This document shows positions 52,306 through 62,862 of a stretch of DNA of 64,000 nt, one piece after another (within the stretch, counting starts at the first letter, position 1; each line of letters begins with the position of its first letter). Source of the stretch: Chiloscyllium plagiosum (taxonomy: Eukaryota). The translations under genes and the position numbers were made by a program. Where the stretch lies: positions 44,144,569-44,208,568 of the forward strand of contig NC_057728.1 of the NCBI RefSeq assembly GCF_004010195.1, given 5' to 3'. The notes beneath the pieces were generated by a model. The model did no database searches and was not told where the DNA came from. It was given only the letters and a program-made list of their open reading frames with translations.

Positions 52306-52777
52306 TCTACATGAATGGCTCCAAGATGTCCAAAAGAAATTTACAGCCAAATCTCTGTCCACATCGAACCATTTCTAATTAGTTATTTAATCATTGCTTT
52401 TATTAAATGAGTTAACCAATCACATTTAACACCATCACTGAAAGTTTTATTTTCTAATTACCAGTAACTGTAATCAGGAAATAATTCTTCCTTGAGGTGT
52501 GCTACATTTCTCTTTACATCCTCCAGTCCTGTAATCAAATCCAAAATAAAGAGCCCATTTATATCTGCATTAGCTATATTAAATATTTTTTAGGATTACA
52601 TCATTGTTCTGGTCAATTATATCCCTGCCGTGAAAGATAAATTGAACTCTTAGTCTTTTTTCATTACTAAGATATCTCAATGTCTCAATGTCCCTTGTTT
52701 ATTTTTGAAACTTCTTAATTGTATTGATACCCATTCTGGGTTATTGGGCAGAACTATGCTCAAAGGCCTGTATAGGA

Positions 52778-52842
52778 GTACCAGCCTCCCCCATTTCCTC
52801 TGGCAGCTCATTCCACACACGCACCATCTTCTGCATGAAAAA
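52778..52842 (-). repeat. 65-bp copy of 54498-54562 (internal CR1 segment)
   Basis: 64 of 65 bases identical. Confidence 0.9.
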
Positions 52843-53080
52843 TTTTGCACTTGAGATGAAATCCAAAACTTAAGGCTTGTACATTGATTCTGATTTATGG
52901 ATTTGAAGGAAAGTGTTTGGAAATGAAAATATACATGCTTATAAAGTGTGGAATTGGCATGGGCGTGAACAATGGCAAAGAAATTGGGAAAATATGGCAA
53001 GAATGGAAAAATCAGATTATTGATGTTGAGAAAACAAAATTATATTTTTCCATTTAGGATTTAAGCAATAAGTTCAGGAT

Positions 53081-53421
53081 TAGTGAGTTTTGAGAAGATT
53101 TGTAACTCAGGTTGAGGTTCTGGATGTAAGTTCTGGAAGGTTCATTTTCAGATGTTTCATCACCATACTATATAACATCATCAGGGAGCTTCTGGTGAAG
53201 CACTGATGGTATGGCCTGCTTTTTATTTATGTGTTTAGCTTTCCTTGGGTTGGTGATGTCATTTCCTGTGGTGATGTAATTTCTGGTGGTGATATCATTT
53301 CCGGTTCTTGTTCTCAGGGGGTGATAAATGGAATCCAAGTCAATGGTTTGTTGATAGAGTTCCAGTTGGAGTACCATGCTTCTAGGAATTCTCATGCATG
53401 TCTCTGTTTGGCTTGTCCTAG
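53081..53421 (-). mobile_element. Penelope-like element 3' end (second family) with a decayed hammerhead
   Basis: Minus strand LGQAKQRHA*EFLEAWYSNWNSINK (end of GIY-YIG region); CTGATGA...GAAACATC at 53184-53151; direct repeat GTTCAGGAT at 53072-53080 and 53422-53430. Confidence 0.7.
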
Positions 53422-53675
53422 GTTCAGGATCTTGCTAACACGCAGCAACTACCTTGTTTCCATGCATTTGCATCTCATTATTACATGCCTCACTTCTACG
53501 AGCTCCCAGTTGTCCTCTCCTTACTCAAGAAACTAGATTGTGCCTATTCCTGACATGAAATTTGGAAAGTTTACTGGATGGCAGAAGCTCAGCACTTGCT
53601 TCTCTGAACATTCAGACAAATCTGTCTTCACACAATCTCTTTTCATGCTTCATGAACAATGCCATCCGCCATCTG

Positions 53676-54010
53676 CATAGAATCCCTACAGTGTGGGAGG
53701 AGGCCATTCAGCCCATTGAGTCCACAGCGACCCGCCAAAGTGCATCCCACCCAAACCAACTCCATTCCTGTAAATCTGCATTTCCTTTGGCTAATGCACC
53801 TAACCTCCACAACCCTGGGCACTATAGACAATTTAATGTGGCCAATCCACCTAACCTACACATCCTTTGACTGTGGGAGAAGGCCAGAGCACCTAGAGGA
53901 AGCGAACACAGACATAGGGAGAAGTGCAAACTCTGCACAAACAGTCACCCGAATCGAACCTAGGTCCCTGACACTGTGAGACAGCAATGTAAACCACTGA
54001 GCCACCAGCC
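53676..54010 (-). mobile_element. HE1-type V-SINE
   Basis: Reverse-complement homolog of 16709-17040, with B-box GGTTCGATTC on the minus strand. Confidence 0.85.
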
Positions 54011-54359
54011 ACAATTTGTGGAGTCATGTGACAGGAGAGGATTGAGTGCCCACTGTTGCCATGTGTTTAAAACATGCATGCCACAAATGCTGTAATAAAG
54101 CCCATCTCCGCATTACTTCAGGTGTGGCAAGCCTGGAACTTCCCCTCACACTGAGGTGTTCCAGTGTTTTCCCAATGAAAAGATCAATCCTCACAAGTTG
54201 GCATCAGCAAACTACCAGTCTCAGCAACCCACTAGGCTGTTTTCAGGCCAAGTCATAAAACACTTCAGACCTTCAGGATATCACTTATGACTTGCATACT
54301 TCTGCCAAATCACTTTGGCTGCAGGGACATGCATGTATCACATGCTTCTGCACAGGACA

Positions 54360-54739
54360 CATAGAGTCATAGAGATGGACAGCATGCCGACCAGATATCC
54401 TAAGCTAATCTAGCCCCATTTGTCAGCACTTGGCCCATATCCCTCTAACTCCTTCCTATTCATATACCCATCCAGATACCTTTTAAATGTTGTAATTGTA
54501 CCAGCCTCTCCCATTTCCTCTGGCAGCTCATTCCACACACGCACCATCTTCTGCATGAAAAAGTTGCTCCTCAGGACTCTTCTAAATTTTTCCCCTCTCA
54601 CCTGAAACCTACGCCCTCCAGTTCTGGATTCCACCCTCCCCTGCCCTCCTCCAGGGAAAAGATCTTGTCTATTTACCCTATCCATGCCACTCAAGATTTT
54701 ATAAACCTCTATAAGGTCAGTCCTCAGTGTCCGATGCTC
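54360..54739 (-). mobile_element. HER1/CR1 3' end
   Basis: Minus ORF MSGMDRVNRQDLFP..VRVWNELPEE..; tail ATAGAGTCATAGAGATG. Confidence 0.9.
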
Positions 54740-55500
54740 ATCTCATGTCTTTAGCTTACTTTCCTAGCAGTTGCTCACTTTGCATTTGCTTAGAGGCTGT
54801 CAACCTCGAGATGGCATTTTTTTTTTGAACTGCATAAAGGCTATTCAGTGCTATCTTCTAGGCTATCAGCCTGTGTGGCCTGCATTGCTTTTTAGCACAA
54901 AGGGAAAAGCAGACAGCTTATCACAGTTTGAAGCACGAAGTAATCATATGGCTGAACAAATAACATTATGACAACAGGTAAAATCAATGTCACAATAACA
55001 GTATATGCCAGCAACTTATGTGGTAAACACACTGCATTGGCATCAATCAAATGACCATATCTGAACATCAAAGCTACCAGTCTTTAGTGGGGTTAAAGGT
55101 GACTATGATATGACAGGGGTATCACCACAGTCATGGGGCTCATCCAATTCAATGTAAGTTCACAGTCAGTCCTGAAGGTCAAGTGCAACTAATTTAAGAA
55201 TTGCAGGGTACATCCGTCAGTGCCATGGAGTCATCAGCCAATTTTCCTTACAATGAGACTTAGGGAAAAGCTAAGTTTAATGACATTTGATAGAAGAGCA
55301 GTTAGCAGGAGGGGTGATGTGATGTTCTAGTGAATGGGTAGGAAGCACAGCCAACAGAAAGGAATCATCGTTTTGGAGAATGAGATGATTGAGTGAAAAT
55401 GATGGGAGTTCATAAGCCTTGGTGAACTGAGTATGCAGTGGCAGAGTTAGAGTGAATGACTGGTGGCCATATGAGTGTGAAGTAACAGAGAATATGGAGC

Positions 55501-55760
55501 ACTTATCTTTGTGGAGTGCAGAAGATCATTGCTGATTGATCTGCACTTTACACTGCTGGGCATTGTGTCTCACTTGGAAGGCTGCACTGACCAGTCTGCT
55601 ATCTCATCGAGGCTAGCTAAGTCTGGTTGCTTGGCTTCATTTGCTGGTCAGCAAGGAAAAGAATGACCCACCTCTCCACCACCCTGTCCATCAGCACCAC
55701 TATGTCTTGAACTGCAAAGCAGAGAGTTAACTTACCTTTCTGGATCTTTTCCTTGGGAAA
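55501..55760 (-). pseudogene. Second fossil Myb/SANT-like exon (Harbinger-like)
   Basis: KGKLTLCFAVQDIVVLMDRVVERWVILF...NAQQCK..SNDLLHSTK|ATAAGT, colinear with 30976-31210. Confidence 0.5.
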
Positions 55761-56104
55761 GCACTGGAACACGTCAAGGTGAGGGGAAGTTCCTGGATTG
55801 TAGCACCTGGAGTGACCTGCAGATGGGTATTGGTGGCATGCACATCTTAAATTCCTGGCAACAGTGAGCATTGTATCCTGTCCTGCTACATGATTCCACG
55901 AGATAGACACATTGTTTAATTAATGAGATGACAAACAGAAGACTGCATGAGGAAAGTCAATGTGAGCCATGACAGACTGGCCACCAGGAATCTCACTTGA
56001 GGAAACATTTTGCCAAAAATTGCACACATTCATCCCACAGTATTAAACAAAGATAATAAAATTCATCTTGTAATTTGGTGATATTATGCTTATATCTTTT
56101 AAAA

Positions 56105-56290
56105 CTCATTCATGAAATGTGGATGTTGCTGGCAAGGTTAGCATTGATTTCTGAACCATAACTGAGATTAAGCAAGTGGTGATAAGTCATCTTTCTGAAT
56201 TGCTATTCTCTTTGTGGTGCAGGTACAACAACTGTGTTGTTAGTCAGAAAGCTCCAGGATTTAACCCAGCAGGAATGAAATGACTGTGAC
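56105..56290 (-). mobile_element. LINE family A 3' tail fragment
   Basis: TCATTCATGAAATGTGGATGTTGCTGGCAAGGTTAGCATT...CTCCAGGATTT. Confidence 0.6.
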
Positions 56291-56489
56291 CTATTTTATT
56301 TATTTATTGATGAGTCTGCTAAATGGAATGTTATGTTTAAAATTAAATTTCCAATTTCTTCATGATCAAAATTTGGAAGTTAGAATTTTGTATGTAAAAT
56401 CTTCTTTATCCTTTCATGTATTATTGTTTGCAGTGTGAGTTACAATTTGGATTATATTTAGACATAGTTGGTCTTCTCAGAGACTATAA

Positions 56490-56692
56490 AATGAAAAGAC
56501 CATAAGATATTGGAACAGGGATGGGCCATTGGCCCCTCGAGCATATTCCGTTACTGAGTAGCATCATGGTTGATCTGAAATTTCTTGTATCCTTTTCTGT
56601 CTTTTCCTCAGAACTTGATTCCATATCTGATCAAGAATTTATCTTTCTCTGCCTTAAATATGCACAAGGACTCTGGCCCCACAGCTCTCTGT
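56490..56692 (-). mobile_element. Old CR1 3' tail, probably resuming after 57545
   Basis: CATAAGATATTGGAACAGG..GGCCATTGGCCCCTCGAGC..ATCATGGTTGATCTG..CCACAGCTCTCTG. Confidence 0.55.
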
Positions 56693-56696
56693 TTGA

Positions 56697-57543
56697 GACA
56701 AAAAAACCCTGCAGATACTGGAATCCAAAATAGACAGGCAGGAGACAGGCAGCATTAGGAAGTGGAGAAGTTGATGTTTCAGGAATAACCCTTCTTCAGA
56801 ACTGGGGATGGGTGTAAGGGGAGCTGCCGATATAGGGTGTGGCAGTGGCAGTGGCAGGGTGATGAAGTGGGATAGATGAACACAGGCAGGGGTTATGATG
56901 GGGTTAGTCAATGGGAGGAATGAATCTGGTTGGTGGCTGGGAGAGGTGGAAGGGAGGGGGAGGGGCTGGGAAGGGAGTCAGAGGATGGGAAGGGAGATTA
57001 TTTGAAATTGGAGAAATTAATGTTGAGTCCTCCATGCTGTAGGCTGCCCAGGCAGAAGATGAGGTATTGCTCCTCCAATTTGTAGTGGTTCATTGTGGCA
57101 ATGGAGGAGGCCAAGGATGGTCATGTCAGAAAGGGAGTCAGAAGGGGAATTAAAATGGACAGTGACTTGGAAGCCTAGTCGGATTCTGCGGGCCTGGCTG
57201 AGATGCTTGGTGAACCATTCCCTGAGTTTGTATTCAGTCTCCCTGATCTAGAGAAGACCACATTGGGAGCACCGGATGCAGTAAACTAGGTTGGAAGAGA
57301 TGCAATTGAATCTATGTCTCACCTGGAAGGACTGTTTAGCACCCTGGGTGGAGGTGAGGGGAGTGGTGCACCAGCAGGTTTTGCATATTTTCTGGTTGCA
57401 GCGGAAGGTATCTGGAGGTTCGGGGAGGGGAGGGAGGGCGCTGGTAGGGAGAGTGGTGCAAACTAAGGACTGTTGAAGGGAACTTTCCTTGCGGAAGGCA
57501 GAGAGGGGTGGGGAGGGGAAGATGTTCTTGGTGGTGGGGTACA
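56697..57543 (-). mobile_element. Penelope-like element (third family): GIY-YIG endonuclease region plus 3' terminus with hammerhead
   Basis: ORF 57248-57559: TFRCNQKICKTC..QSFQVRHRFNCISSNLVYCIRCSQCGLL*IRET (Cys motif and degenerate YIGET). Confidence 0.85.
56769..56803 (-). ncRNA. Hammerhead ribozyme motif (stem III altered, probably by CpG decay)
   Basis: Minus strand AGTT-CTGAAGA-AGGG-TTAT-TCCT-GAAAC-ATC-AACT, with 4-bp stem I AGTT/AACT and stem II AGGG/TCCT. Confidence 0.6.
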
Positions 57544-57770
57544 GCATGTGCCCTGTCAAGTTTTATATGTAACATGGGATTACATTGTTCTTATAGCAAA
57601 TGCTCTTCACTATGTCCTAATTATGAAATGCAGTTCATTGCACTGCAGTGAGGTCAAGCCACTTTTGACTACTCTGTGTATCCATTAATAGTGAGGTCTG
57701 AATTAAAGTCATTTAAGCATTTTAAGTCATTAACGACGTATATTCTGAGATCCAGAATCCGATGTAAGAT

Positions 57771-58052
57771 ATAGCATGGTGGCTCAGTGGTTAGCACTGC
57801 TACCTTACAGTGCCAGGGACCTGTGTTTAATTTCATCCTTGGGTGACTGTATGGATATTGCACATTTCTCCCTGTGTTTGCATGTGTTTCCTCCCACAAT
57901 CCAAAGATGTGCAGGTTAGGTGGATTGACCATGGTGTCCAGGGATGTGTAGGTTAGAGGGATTGACCATTGGAAATGCAGCGACTAGGTGGGATGATCAG
58001 TGTGGATTCAATGGGCTGAATGGCCTGCTTCCACACTGTAGGAATTCTATGA
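57771..58052 (+). mobile_element. HE1-type V-SINE
   Basis: A-box TGGCTCAGTGG, V-domain TCCAAAGATGTGCAGGTTAGG, tail CCACACTGTAGGAATTCTATGA. Confidence 0.85.
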
Positions 58053-58784
58053 AAATAATAGTGACTTTCCTTTAAATTATATCAAAAATAATAAAGTATA
58101 ACCAATTTAGTTTATTTTAGTACTTCAAAATAAATCAAATTGTAAAGATCACATTTGTGTTCATAAATTAGGTAGAGCTGAATTGAAGGACATTCAACAT
58201 GCAACACATGGTTATAAATTCAGCTGAGAAATTCCAACTGAAGAACATATTTGGTCTAAAAGATTGTGATTTTCAAAAGAGCCTGATCACTGTTTAAATA
58301 GAAACTGGAATATCTATAAATTTTATTTTTTGTCTTTCCAACTGAATTTGAATTTTATTATAAACTAATTAGGCACAGCATGTTCCATAGGTGTTGCCAC
58401 TGCCAGTTTGCTTTTCTGTTAATTCAATGTAACAGAGTGAATCTCATTCAAAATAACTGACAGCAGATTTAAAGCATAAGAGTGTACAAAAAACTCTCTC
58501 CTGCATTTTATCCACTAATCACACTGCCTCATGGCCTTGAAGTGACACTATCGACCATTAGAAGACACATTCTTAATGCATTTGTGTCATATTTTGATTT
58601 TTTCCATCTGAGATATTAATCCTATTCACGCTAAAATTGGTGACATAAGATTTTGGGTTTACTGAAATAATAGAGTGAAATATTTCACAACAACATCAGT
58701 TTTTAGGTTTTTTTGTTGCTATTTTATGTAATTGCACAGCCTGAATATTTTAAATGACCTGATATTATAAATAAGAAAAAATTT

Positions 58785-59052
58785 GGCGGAGATGGTGGCA
58801 CAGTAATACAGTTGGAATGTTGACCTTGACAAGTATCGGCAAATGTTGTTAAAAACCCATCTGGACATTAATGTCCTTTAAGGAAGGAATTCTGCCGTCC
58901 ATAATTGATCTGGGTTACTTGTGAGGCCCACAACAATGTGGTTAACTCTTAAGTTCCCTCCAACAATGATTTAAAAATCCAAACAATTTAAATACAATTA
59001 GGGAATAGATAACAAGTACCTACCTTGCCAGTGATGCCCATGTCTCATGAAA
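58785..59052 (+). mobile_element. tRNA-SINE (same family as 2445-2808), internally deleted
   Basis: GGTGGCACAGTAA head; AAAACCCATCTGG..TAATGTCCTTTAAGGAAGGAATTCTGCCGTCC; tail CCTTGCCAGTGATGCCCATGTCTCATGAA. Confidence 0.7.
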
Positions 59053-59067
59053 GGATAAAGTAAATAA

Positions 59068-59420
59068 TTTCTATAGCACCTTTCATGAGACTGGTACATC
59101 TGAAAATACTATATAGACAAAATCATTCATCATTACTGTGATGTGAAAATGCAGTAGTCAATTTGTAAGCAGCAGGATTTTAGGTTTCAGTGGTGTTGGT
59201 TGAGATAAATGTTGTCCAGGATACCAAGGAGAATTCTCTTGCTTTCCTTCACAACTGTGCCATGGCATCCTTCAGGACCTCGTTCAGTTTAAAATGTATC
59301 TGAAAACCAACACTGCTGACAATGCAGCATTCCCATAACGTTGCACAGATTATGTCCCATCCCTAGAGTGGACTTGAACACACAGCCCTCTGTCTCAATG
59401 CAAGTGTACATTGAACCAAG
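59068..59420 (-). mobile_element. Deu-domain SINE (SacSINE1/AmnSINE1-like), nearly complete
   Basis: Minus strand: tRNA-like head (GTTCAAGTCCACTC), GATGCCATGGCACAGTT..GAAGGAAAGCAAGAGAATTCTCC..TCCTGGACAACATTTATCTCAACCAACACCACTG, and L2-type tail TGAAAGGTGCTATAGAAAT. Confidence 0.7.
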
Positions 59421-60361
59421 GTTGGTGTCTCTCCGAATTTAGTGTTCGGAGGTCATTTTCAATCTCATATTAGTGGAAGTGAAATCAATTTAATAGCTTG
59501 ATAAAAGCCAGATTTCATACATTAAAATTAAATACTGATCATTAGTTTTAAAAAAAACTCAAAAGCAACAGGGAGCTAAACATAAATAACTAAATTGTAC
59601 TGTCCCAAATTTTGAGATCATTTTCAATATGTTTTTCTCTAAAGTTGTTAATCTTATGTTGAAATTTACTAATGCTATTGACATGGTAAAATTGTGGCAG
59701 ACTTACATTTACTAGTCAGCCCAGAATTTTATACAGTGTTATTAATAAAACATTTCTGCACCTATTTAGTATGAATTTCTGTGCAGCATTTTTACTTCAA
59801 ACAGCTTTTGTATACTGTTCAGGTGCTTAGGAGGTCTTCAGGGCTGTTACTAATTGTATTTTTTATATCCAAAAGAAAAGACACAAAACATTGCAAAACA
59901 TTGTAAACAGCATTTTTCAGATTATTTGATTGCTTTTCTTAGACAGACAATTTTAATATTAAAATATTAGCCATCCTTTATGTAGTGGCTTCTCTGTTGT
60001 GTCAGAAAGCTGTGAAAGTGTACACTGCTGTTAAAACCCACTGTATTAAAATTAACTTTTTTCAAATGCTTTATGTGGAGAAAATAGCCTTAAGATTTGG
60101 AATCATGACAGCTGGCTTGGATTCCCTGGTTCTGTTTCTTGCCATCTTTTGACTAGTAAGTGGCAGATGGAGGTGTTGTTTCTTGCAAGCCAAATAGGAA
60201 GCCCCCAGGAAACCGTGGAGTACCAACATGGTCTTTGTTAGGTTATGGAAAGCTCTGACCCCAGATAGATAGACTGATGATTGAAAAGAAGTTGACACTG
60301 TTGATTCTAAGAGCCTTGCTCTGTTCCTAAAAAATACTTGCATTTTTATGTTTTCTCCCAG

Positions 60362-60476
60362 GTCAGTTTCTGTTAGAGGAATCTCGTCTAATGGAAGCTG
60401 CTCAGATGGCAGAGAGAGCAGCTGAACTGGACAGCACAGAATTTGATGTTGTCTTTAATGCAGCCCACATGCTCAG
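60362..60476 (+). CDS. TMTC2: TMTC2 coding exon (115 bp), TPR; downstream exons lie beyond the window
   Basis: TTCTCCCAG| acceptor, AG|GTTAGT donor; (G)QFLLEESRLMEAAQMAERAAELDSTEFDVVFNAAHML(R). Confidence 0.97.
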
Positions 60477-61469
60477 GTTAGTTTTTTCTTACTAATGGAT
60501 TGCATCACGAAATACGTTTTGAATTAGCCTGTTGGACACTATGGATCCTGTTATCTGGCATAATTTGGAGGGAAAATAAGCTTTTTTTTCTAAAGAAGAA
60601 AGAATTAAGGGCTAATATTTCAATGTGGCAGACTTTCAAATTCATTTAAAAAAGCAGCAGCATCATGCAGTAACTCTGTATCCCTCTGTGCCTAATTTAA
60701 CTTGGACGTCTTGTATGCTAAAGCATTTTTTAGAAAAACATACGTACTTGATCTATGTGACCTTGTATAGAGCTCTGAAGGGCAGGTTGTAGTAAGTGCT
60801 TTGCTGGCATGAAGTATTTGGAGAAAGGAAATGATACACTATATACTTTTACAGCTAGTCTGTCTTCTGATGAAGTTCACTTGTAAATGACCAGTGTAAC
60901 TTTTTTTGCAATGTGTATAAGCTTTCACTGGGAGTCATAAGTGGAAGGGAAAAAAAAACACAATTGGAAACAATTGCATCCCTTACAAATATTGGCTTCA
61001 TATGGAGAAAATCATTTCACAAATGACAATATGCAGGTAATCCAGAAAAGTGTGACCCATAATTTGAGTCAATTCTTTCTCCTGGGGCAACAGGCCAACA
61101 TTAACTGCTGCATTAATTCTTGGTACAATTACATTTAGACTTTGAGGAATAAAAGGAATAACAATTTTTGCTAAAGTAAAATAAAGAATTGATCAGCATT
61201 TGACAGAGAAATGCAGGTTTACTTTTAAGCTTGTAACATTCATAATTGCTGCCTTGACCTGACTGGGGAAGTAACTTTTATGGAATACAATGTCAGATTT
61301 CACTTAGGTTTTCTTGTATATGTCTTCACTCATTGTATTAAATTCAAAAGAATGCACTAATCTTGGATAGTGTTCTGGAATAAACAAAAATAGTACACAT
61401 CTCACCTGATTTAAAGGTCTCATCTGAGCTTAGTTAGCTAAACCTCACAAAAAGGCTTAGAATTAACAG

Positions 61470-61770
61470 GAGATTCAACAAGGAGAGACATTTTGCCTGT
61501 CTGAGGAGTCTAGAATTGAGGACCATTGTCTTAGGATATGGTGCAGAGGTTTATTAATCTTTGGAATTCTCAACATACAGGATCTTGGAGGCTCAGTTGA
61601 TGAGAATATGCAAGGCTAAGATTGATAGAGTTTTTTTGGACACTAATTGGAGAATATGGGAATAGAACAGGAAAGTGAAAATAAGAGAGAAGAATAGCCA
61701 TGATCTTATTGAATGACGAAGCAGGCTCGAGGGATCATTTGACTTCCTCCTGCTTTGATTTCTTATGCTA
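61470..61770 (+). mobile_element. Old CR1 3' tail
   Basis: GGAGTCTAGAATTGAGGACCATTGTCTTAG...GCCATGATCTTATTGAATGACGAAGCAGGCTCGAGGG..CTCCTGCT..TTCTTATG. Confidence 0.65.
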
Positions 61771-61838
61771 CATGAAAACAGGCCTCAGCATGTAAAGCGG
61801 ACACCTTGACTGTTGGCAGAATGGGTTCTGCATATGAT

Positions 61839-62001
61839 GGAGATTAGAGTCAAGATTAGAGTGGTGCTGGAAAAGCACAACAGGTCAGGCAGCATCCGAG
61901 GAGAAGGAAAATCGACTTTTCGGGCAAACGCCCTTCATCAGGAAACTGCTTCGGATGCTGTCTGACCTGCTGTGCTTTTCCAGCACCACTCTAATCTTGA
62001 C
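61839..62001 (-). mobile_element. Miniature fold-back Penelope-like insert with a hammerhead in the loop
   Basis: 51-bp inverted arms 61849-61899 and 61951-62001 (49 of 51 match). The loop on the minus strand reads CTGATGA-A-GGGC-GTTT-GCCC-GAAA-AGTC. Confidence 0.8.
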
Positions 62002-62729
62002 CTAATCATTGCTGAGCTGTATCTGGTTCAGGCGGCAAATGGCAAAACTCCACGCCTGGGCATTCACCCCTTTTACACTCATTCACTTTGTACCTAATTT
62101 AAATAATTTGCAAAGTATTCCATTTATCATTATTACAATGCATAGTACACACAGATACTGTAGGATTTCATTCATTTTCACATTCAATCAAAGTTTAAAA
62201 AAGCTTAGAAGAATTAACACATTGCTTAGGCAGTTGTGAAAAGGAGTATGTTAACATTGATTTGATTTTCAGTTCCTGGGTGAAAGATTACAATTAATGG
62301 TAAATAGGTTAGTGCAAATAAGTGCAAATGAATAGCACACAAAAAATGTGCTTCACTTTAATTCCAATTTGAATAGAGTTAATTTTCCAATAGAATGTAA
62401 CTTCAGATTCATAATTATTGTTCACTAAATGTTACATGGAAAGTGTTATAGTTGATAATTTAGCAGTATAACATAGAACAATATGACATTAAGAAGTAAT
62501 CTTTTTCGCTTCTTGAATAATTGGCTAAATGCTCAGCTAAAGATTTATATTGTTATCATCAGCCACTTCTGTGAAAAATTCATGCTAAGGCCAACTGACC
62601 CCCTATCCAATCATTAATAATTCTACGCAATGAACTGAGGATGAGGCAATCAGAATAGTTTCTCATAGTCTTTGGAATACCACAACAAAGTCAGGATGTA
62701 AACGTGTTGAATTGATATCATCTTATAGA

Positions 62730-62862
62730 GGTGCCGGTGTCGGATTGGAGTGGACAAAGTCAGAAGCCACACAACACCAGGTTATAATCCAACAAGTTTA
62801 TTTAAAATCACAAGCTTTTGGATTGCTGCTTCTGCGTCAGACGAAGTGCACTTGACTTCTGA
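62730..62862 (-). mobile_element. Penelope-like terminal fragment (fourth family) with a dead hammerhead
   Basis: GGACAAAGTCAGAAGCCACACAACACCAGGTTATAATCCAACAAGTTTATT; minus strand CTGACGC-AGAAGCAGCAATCC-AAAAGCTT; short fold-back GTCAGAAG/CTTCTGAT. Confidence 0.55.

Noticed and set aside
57771..57845. tRNA-like sequences here and at 16709 and 53950-54010
   Set aside because: They are SINE heads continuing into V-domain bodies, not tRNA genes.
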